DNA of 35,101 nt from Octopus bimaculoides (lineage: Eukaryota). Below, one piece after another: positions 1 through 10,745 of the stretch. Both the position numbers and the translations under genes were made by a program. Position 1 is the first letter of the stretch; each line of letters starts with the position of its first letter. The notes beneath the pieces were generated by a model that was not told the origin of the DNA, did no database searches, and saw nothing but the letters and a program-made list of their open reading frames with translations. The stretch is from contig NC_068982.1 in assembly GCF_001194135.2 (NCBI RefSeq), positions 148,953,493 to 148,988,593 on the forward strand, given 5' to 3'.

Positions 1-610
1 AGTAAATGAAGCAATAAAGATGATAGTATAACATATCTTCCTTAAAATGTTATAATCATTTCAATAGTTAGGGGAAGCATTTCATCAATTTACACATTGG
101 TTTATAAAAATTATGTAAATCTATACAATAATCAATGAAAGTACTTCTAATCATCACTTTGGATCAAATTAAAATTGTAATATTAAAGTATATTTTGAGT
201 TATTTCCAATGAATATAGGGAGAAATAGTAGAGTTCAGAATATTAGAGTAATGAAGTAAACAGCAAGATTTTCACTCTATTATGGAGATATTTTCAGTAG
301 ATGGATAATGAAGATATGAGACATTTCAGTCTCTTTCTTTTGATCTTGTACAATCAGCCAGTATACTGGCTCCAACAGGTCGAGTGGTTGTCAGAGTTAT
401 TGTTTACATGTATATTGGTGGGGAGAATGGAATGCAAGAGATAAAATAAAACAAAAATTTAGATACTTCAAAGAGCTGGCAGTTTACAGTTACAATCTCA
501 GAGGTGCCAATAAAAGAAGGAATAGTAGTATAAAAAAAGGAAAATAATTAATATAGACATGAGACCAAAAAGGAACTAAATGAATAAGAAAAAGAAATCT
601 GAGTAATTGT

Positions 611-805
611 CATCATCATCATCATCATTTAACATCCATTTTTCCATGCTGGCATGGGTTGGACGGTTTGACAACAGATGGCAGGCCAGAAGGCTGCACC
701 AAGTTCTACTGTCTCTTTTGGCATAGCTTTTACATATAGATGCCCTCCCTAATACCAGTCATGTTACAGAGTGGACTGGATGCCTTTTACACAGCATCAG
801 CATGT
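611..805 (-). mobile_element. Diverged RTE 3' UTR/tail fragment
   Basis: (CAT)n followed by ttaacatccatttttccatgctggcatgggttggacgg; reverse-complement homolog of the younger copies at 3137-3439 and 27036-27377. Confidence 0.75.
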
Positions 806-1234
806 AATATTGGGTCATCAATAATTAAATTAAAATTAGCATTGCGCAAAAATTAAATTTGATATATCATTTAAGAAATGAATGATTGGTTGGTTATATA
901 AAAAATAATTCGAGTGTGAGTTGAGAGAAGTATAAGGTTAACATTGATACTATATGAATCAAATATGTTAGCTAAGTGGAATTTTAAGTGGAAATGTTCA
1001 GTTTTATCAAACAATTAGGAGCAAATGAGCAAGAATTCATTATGCAAATTAATTAAATTAGATTTACATTTGAAAAATTTTAATGCTTCTATAAAGCACA
1101 AATCACAGCTATCTAATACCCTTTGTATGAAAATGCACTACCTATAATCAACAAAGAAACAGTAATTGACATTTTTCTCCTACAGTCCCAAGTGAATTTA
1201 GCTAGTGAGGTGTTGTATACTTTCTTCCATTTAT

Positions 1235-1425
1235 GCTTAAATGTGTGTATATGGTTATGCCAGTGGAATAGATCGACCCCAGTACACAACTGGTATATAA
1301 TTTATCAACCCCGAAAGGATGAAAGGGAAAGTCAACCTTGGCGGAATTTGAACTCAGAACGTAAAGACAGATGAAATACTACTAAGCATTTTGCCCGGCA
1401 TGCTAACATTTCTGCCAGCTCTCTG
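1235..1425 (-). mobile_element. tRNA-derived SINE (family with ttctgagttcaaattcc...gtcaactttgcctttcatcc core)
   Basis: Reverse complement contains a B-box-like gagttcaaattcc; homologous copies at about 5370, 5815, 7915, 12690 and 14335. Confidence 0.7.
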
Positions 1426-1559
1426 CCTTGCAATTGGCTGTAAATGATCCATGTATCTTGTTTTGTCCTGTTTGTCATTGTCATGCTATTGTCCTTTTTT
1501 TTCCACGTTGTGTTTTGATGGTTTCTGTTTGTTGTGTTTTTTTCTGTTCTACCATTGAT

Positions 1560-1575
1560 TTGTGTGTGTGTGTGT

Positions 1576-1616
<41 letters not shown>

Positions 1617-1633
1617 TGNNNNNNNNNNTGTGT

Positions 1634-1674
<41 letters not shown>

Positions 1675-1737
1675 TGTGTGTGTGTGTTCGTGCATGCGTG
1701 CATGTGCATGTGTGTGTGTATGTATGTATGTATGTAT
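1560..1737. repeat. (TG)n/(TATG)n compound microsatellite with a 10-N gap
   Basis: Directly visible; source of the spurious CV/HT-repeat ORFs. Confidence 0.95.
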
Positions 1738-1850
1738 CTTCTTCTTTAGCTGTTCCTTGTAAGTCAACATTGGCTGTTCTTGTTCGGTAATCATCTCTGG
1801 CAGGTTCGCATGTGGACTATAAGGCCAGCTATTGAAATCATACAGGTACA
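1738..1850 (-). mobile_element. 3' end of an RTE/BovB-like LINE
   Basis: Minus strand reads ..AGLIVHMRTCQR* (resembles the terminal GLISHxRTH motif of RTE ORFs), then a short 3' UTR and a (GAA)n-like tail. Confidence 0.5.
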
Positions 1851-2017
1851 TCATTACAATAAATATAAATTCTTTCACACACACACACACATATTTGCTT
1901 TAACGAATATGTATGTACATCTATGCTTGTGATTTTCTATTTAAGTATAAGTGTATGTACTAACAGGCACATATGCATACATCCATCTACATCTATCTGT
2001 ATATACATATTTGCATG

Positions 2018-2019
<2 letters not shown>

Positions 2020-2085
<66 letters not shown>

Positions 2086-2215
2086 TATACACATACATAC
2101 ATACATACATAAATACATACATAAATACATACACACATACATACATACATATAGATAGATAGATAGATATAGATATTGGTGGATAAATAGATAAATACGT
2201 ATGAGTGTGTGTGTG
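2020..2215. repeat. (TA)n/(TACA)n/(TAGA)n compound microsatellite
   Basis: Directly visible. Confidence 0.95.
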
Positions 2216-3136
2216 TATATGTGTTTGTATGTATGTGTGTATGTGTGTCTGTGTCTGCAAATGTGTCTGCACATATGCACATTCATATACATATATATGT
2301 ATAAGTATACTTACAAAGATTTATATGCACGTGTATATATACATACATATTCATTCAAATGTACAAAACACAGACGCATATACTTCTTTACATCCATACT
2401 TTTTAACTAGCATGGGTTGGAGTGTTTTTGGAAATATGAAAATTTGCATATTGTTGGAAGTTGAAGAATATTCACATACAGATGTGTGTGCACGTGTGTG
2501 TGTGTGTGTGTGTGAGTTTGTTTGTCTTTATTGCACGTTATTATTACATCTCTTGAATTTCTGAATGCTTTTAACAAATAATAGGGTGGGAACCATCAAG
2601 GTCAAAATTCAGATATATTTGCCATAAATTTTGATTTTACCAACTCTGTAAGAAAAAATAAATCAATAAAAAAGAATATATATTAGAAATGACAAAAATA
2701 ACCGAGAGAGAGAGGGAGTGTTGGAGAATAAGAGGGAGAGAGAGAGAAAGCAATATCGAATTTATGATTATATAAAAATTATTATTTTGTTATGCCCCAA
2801 CATTGACATAAACTGGTGCGGGAAGAAGGAGTAGGTGGAGAAGAAGAAGAAATACCTTGTCAATAAATTAAAAGCACATGAAAATAATAACAATAACAAC
2901 CATTATGAAATTTTCTGCTAACCCATAAAAAAGAAATGGATGAATAAGAAGAAAAAAAAACTAAATGAGGCATTGAATCGTTATCATGAGAAAAAGTTAT
3001 TGGTGTTGCTTAGTTCCAGATCAGCTGTTATTGGGTAGATATAGGATAAAGAGACATTCCATCTGTGACTGTGCCATCTTTTTCTTATGTGCAGGCAACC
3101 TAGGATTAATTATCCAATGTGTATATTTTTTTGAAG

Positions 3137-3439
3137 GATTTTCTAGTGAGATCGTTGCCAGTGCCCCTGGACTGGCTCTTGTGCGGGTGGCACATAAAAT
3201 ACACCATTTTGAGTGTGGCCCTTGCCAGTACCACCTGGCTGGCCTTCGTGCGGGTGACGCTTAAAAGCACCCACTACACTCTCTGAGTGGTTGGCGTTAG
3301 GAAGGGCATCCAGCTGTAGAAACTCTGCCAAATCAGATTGGAGCCTGGTGTTGCCATCCGGTTTCACCAGTCCTCAGTCAAATCGTCCAACCCATGCTAG
3401 CATGGAAAGCAGACGTTAAACGATGATGATGATGATGAT
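3137..3439 (+). mobile_element. Young 5'-truncated RTE 3' UTR with (GAT)n tail, nested in an older SINE-like repeat
   Basis: Near-identical to 27090-27377; the flanks (ggattaattatccaatgtg and gagggagatttagctgcta) match the repeat seen intact at 17120-17230. Confidence 0.9.
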
Positions 3440-3989
3440 AGGGTGAGGTCTGAGGGAGATTTAGCTGCTAGTTTTAGCAAGATGAGCAACTAGGTTCTGT
3501 GATAAGGTTAAAAAAGGTAATGTTACCTTTTAGAGAGATTCTTCAGCTTACAATATAGAGTTCAGATGTGTTCTATGGGAGACATAAAAGAAAACCCAGC
3601 AGAACAGTATTAGTTTTCAGTCACCATTTCAGAGCTGACAAGGCCTTAAATAAACTGTGTGCTTATAAATACATTGTTATGCTTTTGAACTACGAAGTTA
3701 ATTTAATTTTGTGTCAATATTTTATTGTTTAAACTCACACCTAGTTTGGTTGATGGAACCTGTAATCAAAGACATTACAACCATGACCATCTCCTTTATA
3801 TGCTAGGTTACATTATTCAATATCTGCATGCACACACGCGCACACGCACACACACACACACACACACACATATTCAGTAAAAAGTGCTTTGGAAGTAATT
3901 TGGTTGATATTTCTAACTGGTCAAGTAGCTACATGTTTGTCAGAAAAGGAGTTGCTATGTCCATCACTTTTCCTGTTCATTCCAGATCT

Positions 3990-4610
3990 GTAAAATTGAT
4001 TTGGATAATTTTTTTTCAGACTGGACATCAATATGTGCAGGAGAAACATAAGCAGACAGGAAATTCTGGATGAAAAATATTCACATATTTAGGCATGATG
4101 GACTGAGAAATGTGTTAACTATTGGGATCAGAGAATGGCACTGAGTGTAATGAGAAGAGAAGAGATGGGTTGGAAAAGTGAGCTTTGAAGATAAAACTGT
4201 TATGCGGCAAAGAAGTCTTGTCTGTGATAGATCATTATCTCATCTGCCAAGGACATTTGATATGATCATCTGCAAAATACTTCAGAAACTAGAAATAAAC
4301 ATAGCCTTGATGTTGATCCAGAAATACAGACATAATAATAGTGAGTCCAAAAAGTCACTTTTAATGAAATTAAGATCAAAATAATTAACATAAAGAAATG
4401 TTATTGGATTTTTAGTTCCTTGGTGATTTGGGGGATATCTTGTATGAGCACAAATGGACAGATAATGGAAGTTCCTAAATCATCATTTTAGGACGATAAA
4501 GATATTGATTTCAAATAGCCTTTGAAGGTTATGGGCACCTCCTTCTAGAAAATACATTTTATTCAAAAGACTTTGCGAGAGAAGGCATGGTCACTTATGA
4601 ATTAATATCG
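3990..4610 (+). mobile_element. Highly decayed LINE (RTE-like) RT/thumb fragments
   Basis: Frameshifted remnants HIFRHDGLRNVLTIG (about GHIMRxDGLExLVLTG), F*FLG (about FKYLG) and TDNGSS...IAFEG; weak by-eye similarity. Confidence 0.35.
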
Positions 4611-5369
4611 TAAGTGAATGTTAACAATAATAATAAATGAAAGAACAAACAGTTTTTAGTAACATCAGTGGAAAGACAGTAAGAAAGCTATAAGTTATTG
4701 ACAGAAAGAGATTTGACTTCTAAGTATTAGTACAAAGACTTTTTATCTACATTATCTTATTAACTGGTGCTAGTACACTCTGAAGAATCTCTATGTGGTT
4801 ACTTGAGCAGCTAGAAATAATAACCAAATGTCCCTCAAACTGTAGTCTTTAAAAAAAGGAAGGATATATTTGACAATGCAATGTCTGGAAAAAAAGGTAA
4901 AGGGATCAATGCCTTTGATTATCAGGATGCTCAATTGATGTTGCTCTGAGACAAAACAATAACAACATGCCCGTTGATATAAGTTACTTGTACACATACT
5001 CATATACATACATGATCAGTGCAGGATGCAGTATAAGGGATATAATTAAGGTTTGAGTTAGAGGGAGACAACAATAGTTTCACAAACTTCCCTACTCTTA
5101 CTGAAAACTGTTATGAGTCAAGTATAGAAAGTAGGCTGTTGTCTATTAGTTAATTATGGGCTGTAAAAGCCAAAGATTTGAGATGACTAAAATGGTTCAG
5201 AACTGAATAAGATTCAATAAATCTAAATTTGATAAAACAATGGCAAATTAAATGTCTATTTATCTGAGATGGTCTGTTAAGTTTATAATTCTAAGGACCA
5301 TTAATGTTAACTTTCAGGGTTTTTATATCTTTTTTTATATTTGCATTTTCAAAGATTGGTGGAGGATGA

Positions 5370-5500
5370 ATAACTGGCAGAGCATTGGGAAAGATTTCCG
5401 TGTAGTATACAGTTATGATTCTTTACATTCTGAATTTGAATTTTACCAAAGCAAAGTTTGTTGCTTGTTCTCTTGGAGTCAATAAAATAAGTTCCACAAT
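5370..5500 (+). mobile_element. Decayed tRNA-derived SINE
   Basis: ctttacattctgaatttgaattttacc...gagtcaataaaataag aligns to the SINE core at 1235-1425 and 5815-5895. Confidence 0.6.
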
Positions 5501-5814
5501 GGAAATGGAGTTATTATATAACCAGCTATACCTCTCCTCACAATATTGTGGGGAGAGATATAATCAATTGTACCAAAGTTGGAAATCAATAATAACACCT
5601 ACACTACACTTTGATCAGTTTGATCTCTGTCTGCGATCAGGTCTTATTTCTGGATATTTATGTGTTTCCAGACTAGATTTAAAATAAGAATCTTTATTGC
5701 TAAACTTTATTACAACACTAGTTTATTACTAAACCAAGGTGATAATGTTTTATCCAGTAGGGCATGGAAGGAATTGTACTGGAAGAGGTTAATACCTCAA
5801 AAATTAATACCTCT

Positions 5815-5895
5815 TCTCAGCATTCTGAGTTCAAATCTTGCCAAGGTCAACTTTACTAGTCATTCTCTCAAGGTCAATAAAATACAAGTCCAAGA
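5815..5895 (+). mobile_element. tRNA-derived SINE fragment
   Basis: cattctgagttcaaatcttgccaaggtcaacttt...gtcaataaaa core. Confidence 0.65.
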
Positions 5896-6189
5896 CTGTG
5901 AGTTGGCAGAATTGTTAGATTATCAAATGAGATACCTTGCAGAATCTGTTCTGATTCTTCATATCTTAGTTCCAATTCTTTTTACAACCACCAACTTCCT
6001 TGAACTAGGAAACAGGTTCTTCAAGACATTTCAAACGTTGACAGGCTTCCAGTGTCAAACAGAAGGATACACTGATTAAACAACAGTCCAGTCACATCAG
6101 TATCGAAAATGAACGGTTGGACTGTGCCCTAAAACAAGATAAACATCAGGACACAACTATATAGGTGACTAGGCCATATCCCTATATCA

Positions 6190-7630
6190 ATTATATAGGA
6201 ATCCGGCCTAGTCACCCATATAGGTAATCAGATTGTCCACAAAGGAGTCATACCCAAAGACTGATGCAACAGCATTGTAGTCAAGCGCTACAAAGATTAA
6301 GGTGTCATCTTAGACTGGAATAATTATAGAGGTATCAGATTGCTGTACCAGGTGGTGAAAGGGTCAAAGCTCAATTAATTAGGAAGAGAGCCTAGATAAA
6401 ATACAGCTTAGTTTTCTGCCAGGGAGAATCACTGCTGATACTGTCTTTCTGGTAAGACAACTTCAGGTAACAGAGAGGGTCCTTCATTTCCTCATCTGTC
6501 AATGTGGAAGCTAGGTTTAGATGGATGGTTGGTGAACACTGTACAAGTCATGTACAGGGATGCTGTCAGTAAGGTGGAAGTTAGCAATGAGTATAGCAAA
6601 GAATTTACTGTACAGGTAGGAGTTCAACAAGGATTGGTTCTCAGCCCATAATCCTCCAGGCGATAACAGGAATTTAAGACTGGCTAACCTTGGGATCTCT
6701 TCTATACTAATAACCTTGTTCTTATAGCTGAATCACTACCAGAACTAGAGAAGAAATTTCAGGTATGGAAGCAAGGTCTGGAATCAAAGGGCCCTAGAGT
6801 TAATTTAGCAAAGACCAAAGTCCTAATAAATAGGAAAAGGGACAAATTACTAATCCCTTCTGGGAGATGGTCTGCTCAATGTGTAGCAAATGTGTACCAA
6901 GTGCAAGCTATGGATACATAAGAAGTATAGCAGTATCACAGGAATATTAACAGAGAAAGTAGTCTTTGTGTGTGGTAGATGTACAGGTACAATTGACACT
7001 AAGAATATACAGGAAATAGACTTCCTCAAATGTTTGGAGGATCCTGAGAAGTAGTAGATAGTTTTCATTACCTAAACAACCAAGCTAGCAGTGGAGGAAG
7101 ATGTTCTGAAAGCATAGTTGCAAGAATAAGAACGGTCTGGGCAAAATTCATAGAGCTACTACTTTTGTTGGTAATAAAGGGCCTTGCACTAAGAGTGAAA
7201 TTAGCAGTTTGAATGATGCCTGTGTACAGACAGCTATGCTATACAGCAGGGAAGCATGGACTGTGACTGTAGGAGATATGCAAAGGCTTGAAAGTAATGG
7301 AGCCAGCATGCTTCACTGGATGGGTAATGCCAGTGTGCATGCATGGTCGAGTGTGGATGATTTAAGAGAAAAATTGAGTATATGAGACATCAGATGCACC
7401 ATTCAAAAGAGAAGAAGACTGTGCTGGTTTGGTTATGTGATGCATATAGATGAGGACACCTGCATAAAGAAGTACCAATCTCTAATTATGGAGGTAACCT
7501 GTGGAAGGCATAGATCCAGGAATACATGAGATGAAATGAGAAAGGATCTCCAGATATTGAGACTCACAGAAGAGATGATAAGAGACCAAGATTTCTGGCA
7601 ATTTGCTGGGCTTGAGAAGACTAAGTAAAA
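6190..7630 (+). mobile_element. 5'-truncated, degenerate RTE LINE (RT and C-terminal region; pseudogenised)
   Basis: Remnants NYRGIRLLYQVVK, QLSFLPGRITADTVFLVRQLQ, LVNTVQVMYRDAVSKV, VGVQQGLVLSP, DLFYTNNLVLIAESLPELEKKFQVWKQGLESKG and WFGYVMHIDED with many stops and frameshifts; colinear with the young copy at 25797. Confidence 0.92.
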
Positions 7631-7914
7631 TCATGGCCATCTATACATACAGGTAGGTCCTTTATGATCTCTCACATGCTCACATGTCCCGTCCTATCAA
7701 AATTACCCCACAGCCCATCCCACCATCCATGATCACCACCTACGACAAGCACCTCCACTCTTCTTCATATGCCTATCTTCACACTCTCCATGTCCACATA
7801 TATCCACTGTACTTTGATCCCACCCTCTCCAATTTCTCCCACCATCACTTGCTATTGTAATGTCTTTACCATTTCTAAACATTCGCACCTCACACTCTCT
7901 TTATGACTTTTACT

Positions 7915-8045
7915 CCCTCGTTGACTCCAAAAGGATGAAAGGGAAAGTCAGTCTTGGAAGAATTAGAACCCAGAATATAAAGACAGATGAAATGTTGCTA
8001 AACATCTCATGTGGCACAGTATCAATTCTGCCAACTCACCACCTT
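7915..8045 (-). mobile_element. tRNA-derived SINE
   Basis: aaaggatgaaagggaaagtcagtcttggaagaattagaacccagaa is homologous to the 1310-1370 copy. Confidence 0.65.
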
Positions 8046-9269
8046 TGAAACAAGTAAAATATTAAAACAGTCAATAAATATAAAGAAATAATAAAAAAAT
8101 AAACAACAAATTAACTGAGGAGCTGATTCAATACCAAAAATATTGGCAAATGTGTTCAGGAGAGCTGACTGCCATTATTTTTAATAAATTATTGTTTAGA
8201 ATATGGTGCATAAGCACAGACAATCCAACTATGACTATTATACTTTGTGTTGACTAATATCGCCTTTTCATTTTTAAGACAGTAGTGCATGAATTGTGGG
8301 AGAGTTGGCTGCTATGCTTTATAGATTAAGTGATCGTGAGGTCATTTATAATAAGTTAGCCAAGATAGGAGAATGTCAGTAAACATCAGAAGCCTTTATA
8401 GAATGGTATGATTGATATTGCTGATAACCAACCTGAACGTCTGTTAGTCAATATCTGCAGGAAATATGTGGGAGGGAAACAAAGTGCGCTTGGACATGTA
8501 ATGTCAAAATAGAATGCCAGCAGAATGAAATGGTACCATGTAGTGGTCATAAAAGATGCATATAATAGAGGCAGATCAAAATAGATTTCGATATAAACAA
8601 TTATGCCTTATCTGAGAACATTGAACTTTCATAAAAACAAGACTGAGATGTGTGGAAAGTTGCCATTATTATAAACCTCTCAATCTATAAAAAACATTAC
8701 ATATGAGTGATGTTTGTGATGATATATTAACCCTTGTTTTTACTGATTTTTAGCCCCTGGTAGGCTGTGGTTAAGTAGAGCTATGATCAAAAGTATTTTA
8801 GCCATGATCCTCCCATCTAATATATACATCTTGGATTATATTGTCCAATTTGATATTTTCTAAAAGTGTACGGCATGATTTCGCAGCTATTTTTAACAGG
8901 TTTATTAGCTCATATAAGTACATGTATTCACGTGTATTACTGGATGTATATGAGCACATTCACATGTATATGTGTGGTTGCATATGTATCTGTTTATTAT
9001 ACTTGGATATACAATTTATATTCAACCAAGTCTCTTGTACACACACACACACATACATATATCATATTTTACTTAGGTATTGCAATACTAATAACCATAT
9101 GTATGCTTCTGAACAAAGTCTTAGTTGAGCACAGAACCATAATAAGAAAGAGAGATGACAAAAGAATAAACAATTGACCCATGAACTTCATGAAACAATC
9201 ATTTATTTCTTTGACCTCAATGTGCTCATACATATATATTTTTCTTCTTCTTCTTCTTATTATTAATCA

Positions 9270-9337
9270 GGTCACTACCTGGAATCGAACTCGGAATCTT
9301 GGGGTTAGTAGCCCTTACTCTTAACCACTATGCCATA
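9270..9337 (-). other. tRNA-like head (A box TGGCATAGTGG, B box GTTCGATTCC); pseudo-tRNA or SINE head
   Basis: Anticodon-like arm GGG-CTACTAA-CCC is present, but the T stem is imperfect and there is no acceptor stem, so it is not called a functional tRNA. Confidence 0.65.
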
Positions 9338-9498
9338 TAACCGTGGAGCAATTATGAAGTGAATTTTAGGGCTTATAAATCTAATATTCTCCTATCCGTC
9401 CTTATTACCAGTTCCCATATGCTGTTCATATCTGCACTTGGTCTGCTTAGGAGGTTGTTGTGTCTTAGCATATGTGCTGCTTCTTTTAGTTTTCATAT

Positions 9499-9705
9499 GG
9501 ATTCAGGACATCCGTATACCGCAAGCCTACCTTCACTAGACGATACTTCAACTTCAACTCCAACCATCCATACAGTGTAAAGAGAGGGATTGCTCAGTAC
9601 CTAAAACATCGAGCAATGGATATAAGTAGTGATCATGATACCCACCACAAGGAAGGCACCTGATGAATGCTGGAGGGTATATCAGCCGAAACATTGTGTT
9701 AACAT
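9499..9705 (+). mobile_element. Penelope-like element fragment (RT C-terminus joined to a terminal-repeat-like end)
   Basis: Open translation GFRTSVYRKPTFTRRYFNFNSNHPYSVKRGIAQYLKHRAMDISSD matches the PLE YRKPT..YLNFxSxHP..KR motif; followed by CTGATGA...CGAAAC. Confidence 0.85.
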
Positions 9706-9759
9706 ACATATGAAGACAAATATCCATCAATTATAATTAATGTAAATAATGTAAAAATT

Positions 9760-10745
9760 AAATCATTTAATAATTTCGGACCCAATAATAATACTAGTAA
9801 TCATCCTAATGCTCAAACGAACTATAATAATAATAGCAAAAATAATAATAAACAATATAAGAAAATAAATAACGATAATTATAATATACATATAAATAAA
9901 AATAATAATAAAAATGATCATAGTAAGGATAATAGCAAAAATAATTCGAAGGGAAATAAACATAATTATCATATACCCACGAAGAATACACTGACAATGA
10001 ACAAAAATAAGAAGAATTATAATTATAGTAATATTAATAATAATAACATAAAGAAATTATATGGTTAATTATCCTTTATGGGGTCCAAATCAAAACTAAC
10101 TTAATTAAATGAAAACATTCTTTAAAAAGAACAAAACATACTCGAAAATATTCTCAAACAAAACAATCAGAGTGGGCTATTCTACAACAAGAAATGTAAG
10201 TAATATTATATCCGCAATAAACAATGTAAAATTAAACAAATTCTATAATAACAATTTAACTAATATTAACAATAGCTACAGAAGAAATATAACAAGCAAA
10301 TATTTTAAATAAATGCACATGTAAAAATGTAGGATTAATAATAATTGCAACCTAGATAACATAATTTATAAATGTACAGTAACCTCTAATAATAATAAGA
10401 AGAAAGAATATATTGGATCCACAGCTAACAAAATTAAAAGAAGAATTTCCCAGCATTAGCAGTCCTTCAAAAATCCCAAATTAATAAATTCGACAGGTCT
10501 AAGTAAATACATATGGGAGTTGAAATCTAATAAAATAGAATACACCCTTAATTGGAATATCATTTGTACAGCGAAGTCATATAGAATAGGTAATAATAAT
10601 TTATATATTTTTATTATAGTTTTACTCATATTCTTATTTTTCTATTTAATATGACTTATAATATGTATTTTTGTCTGTGATCTGTTAATAATAATAACAA
10701 TAAAATAAATAGCCTGAGGACGCACTGATTACTATGCATAAAAGG
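9760..10745 (+). mobile_element. Penelope-like element 3' part: Asn-rich linker and GIY-YIG endonuclease (degenerate)
   Basis: IWLIILYGVQIKTNL, KIFSNKTIRVGYSTTRNVSNII, then NIIYKCTVTS..KEYIGSTANKIKRRISQH*QSF..STGLSKYIWELK..NWNII (10358-10600), with stops. Confidence 0.88.

Noticed and set aside
356-371. Perfect 16-bp palindrome AGCCAGTATACTGGCT
   Set aside because: About 0.5 such palindromes are expected by chance in 35 kb; there is no supporting context.
1750-1845. Plus-strand 96-nt open, phase-0 exon-like block (LFLVSQHWLFLFGNHLWQVRMWTIRPAIEIIQ)
   Set aside because: It is the antisense of an RTE-like 3' end (AGLIVHMRTCQR*, then a GAA tail); no partner exon.
4519-4609. Exon-like block FEGYGHLLLENTFYSKDFAREGMVTYELIS with a GTAAGT donor
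   Set aside because: Lies within a decayed LINE RT/thumb remnant; no recognisable host protein.
5355-5455. Exon-like DWWRMNNWQSIGKDFRVVYSYDSLHSEFEFYQSK
   Set aside because: The nucleotide sequence aligns to the SINE core seen repeatedly in this window.
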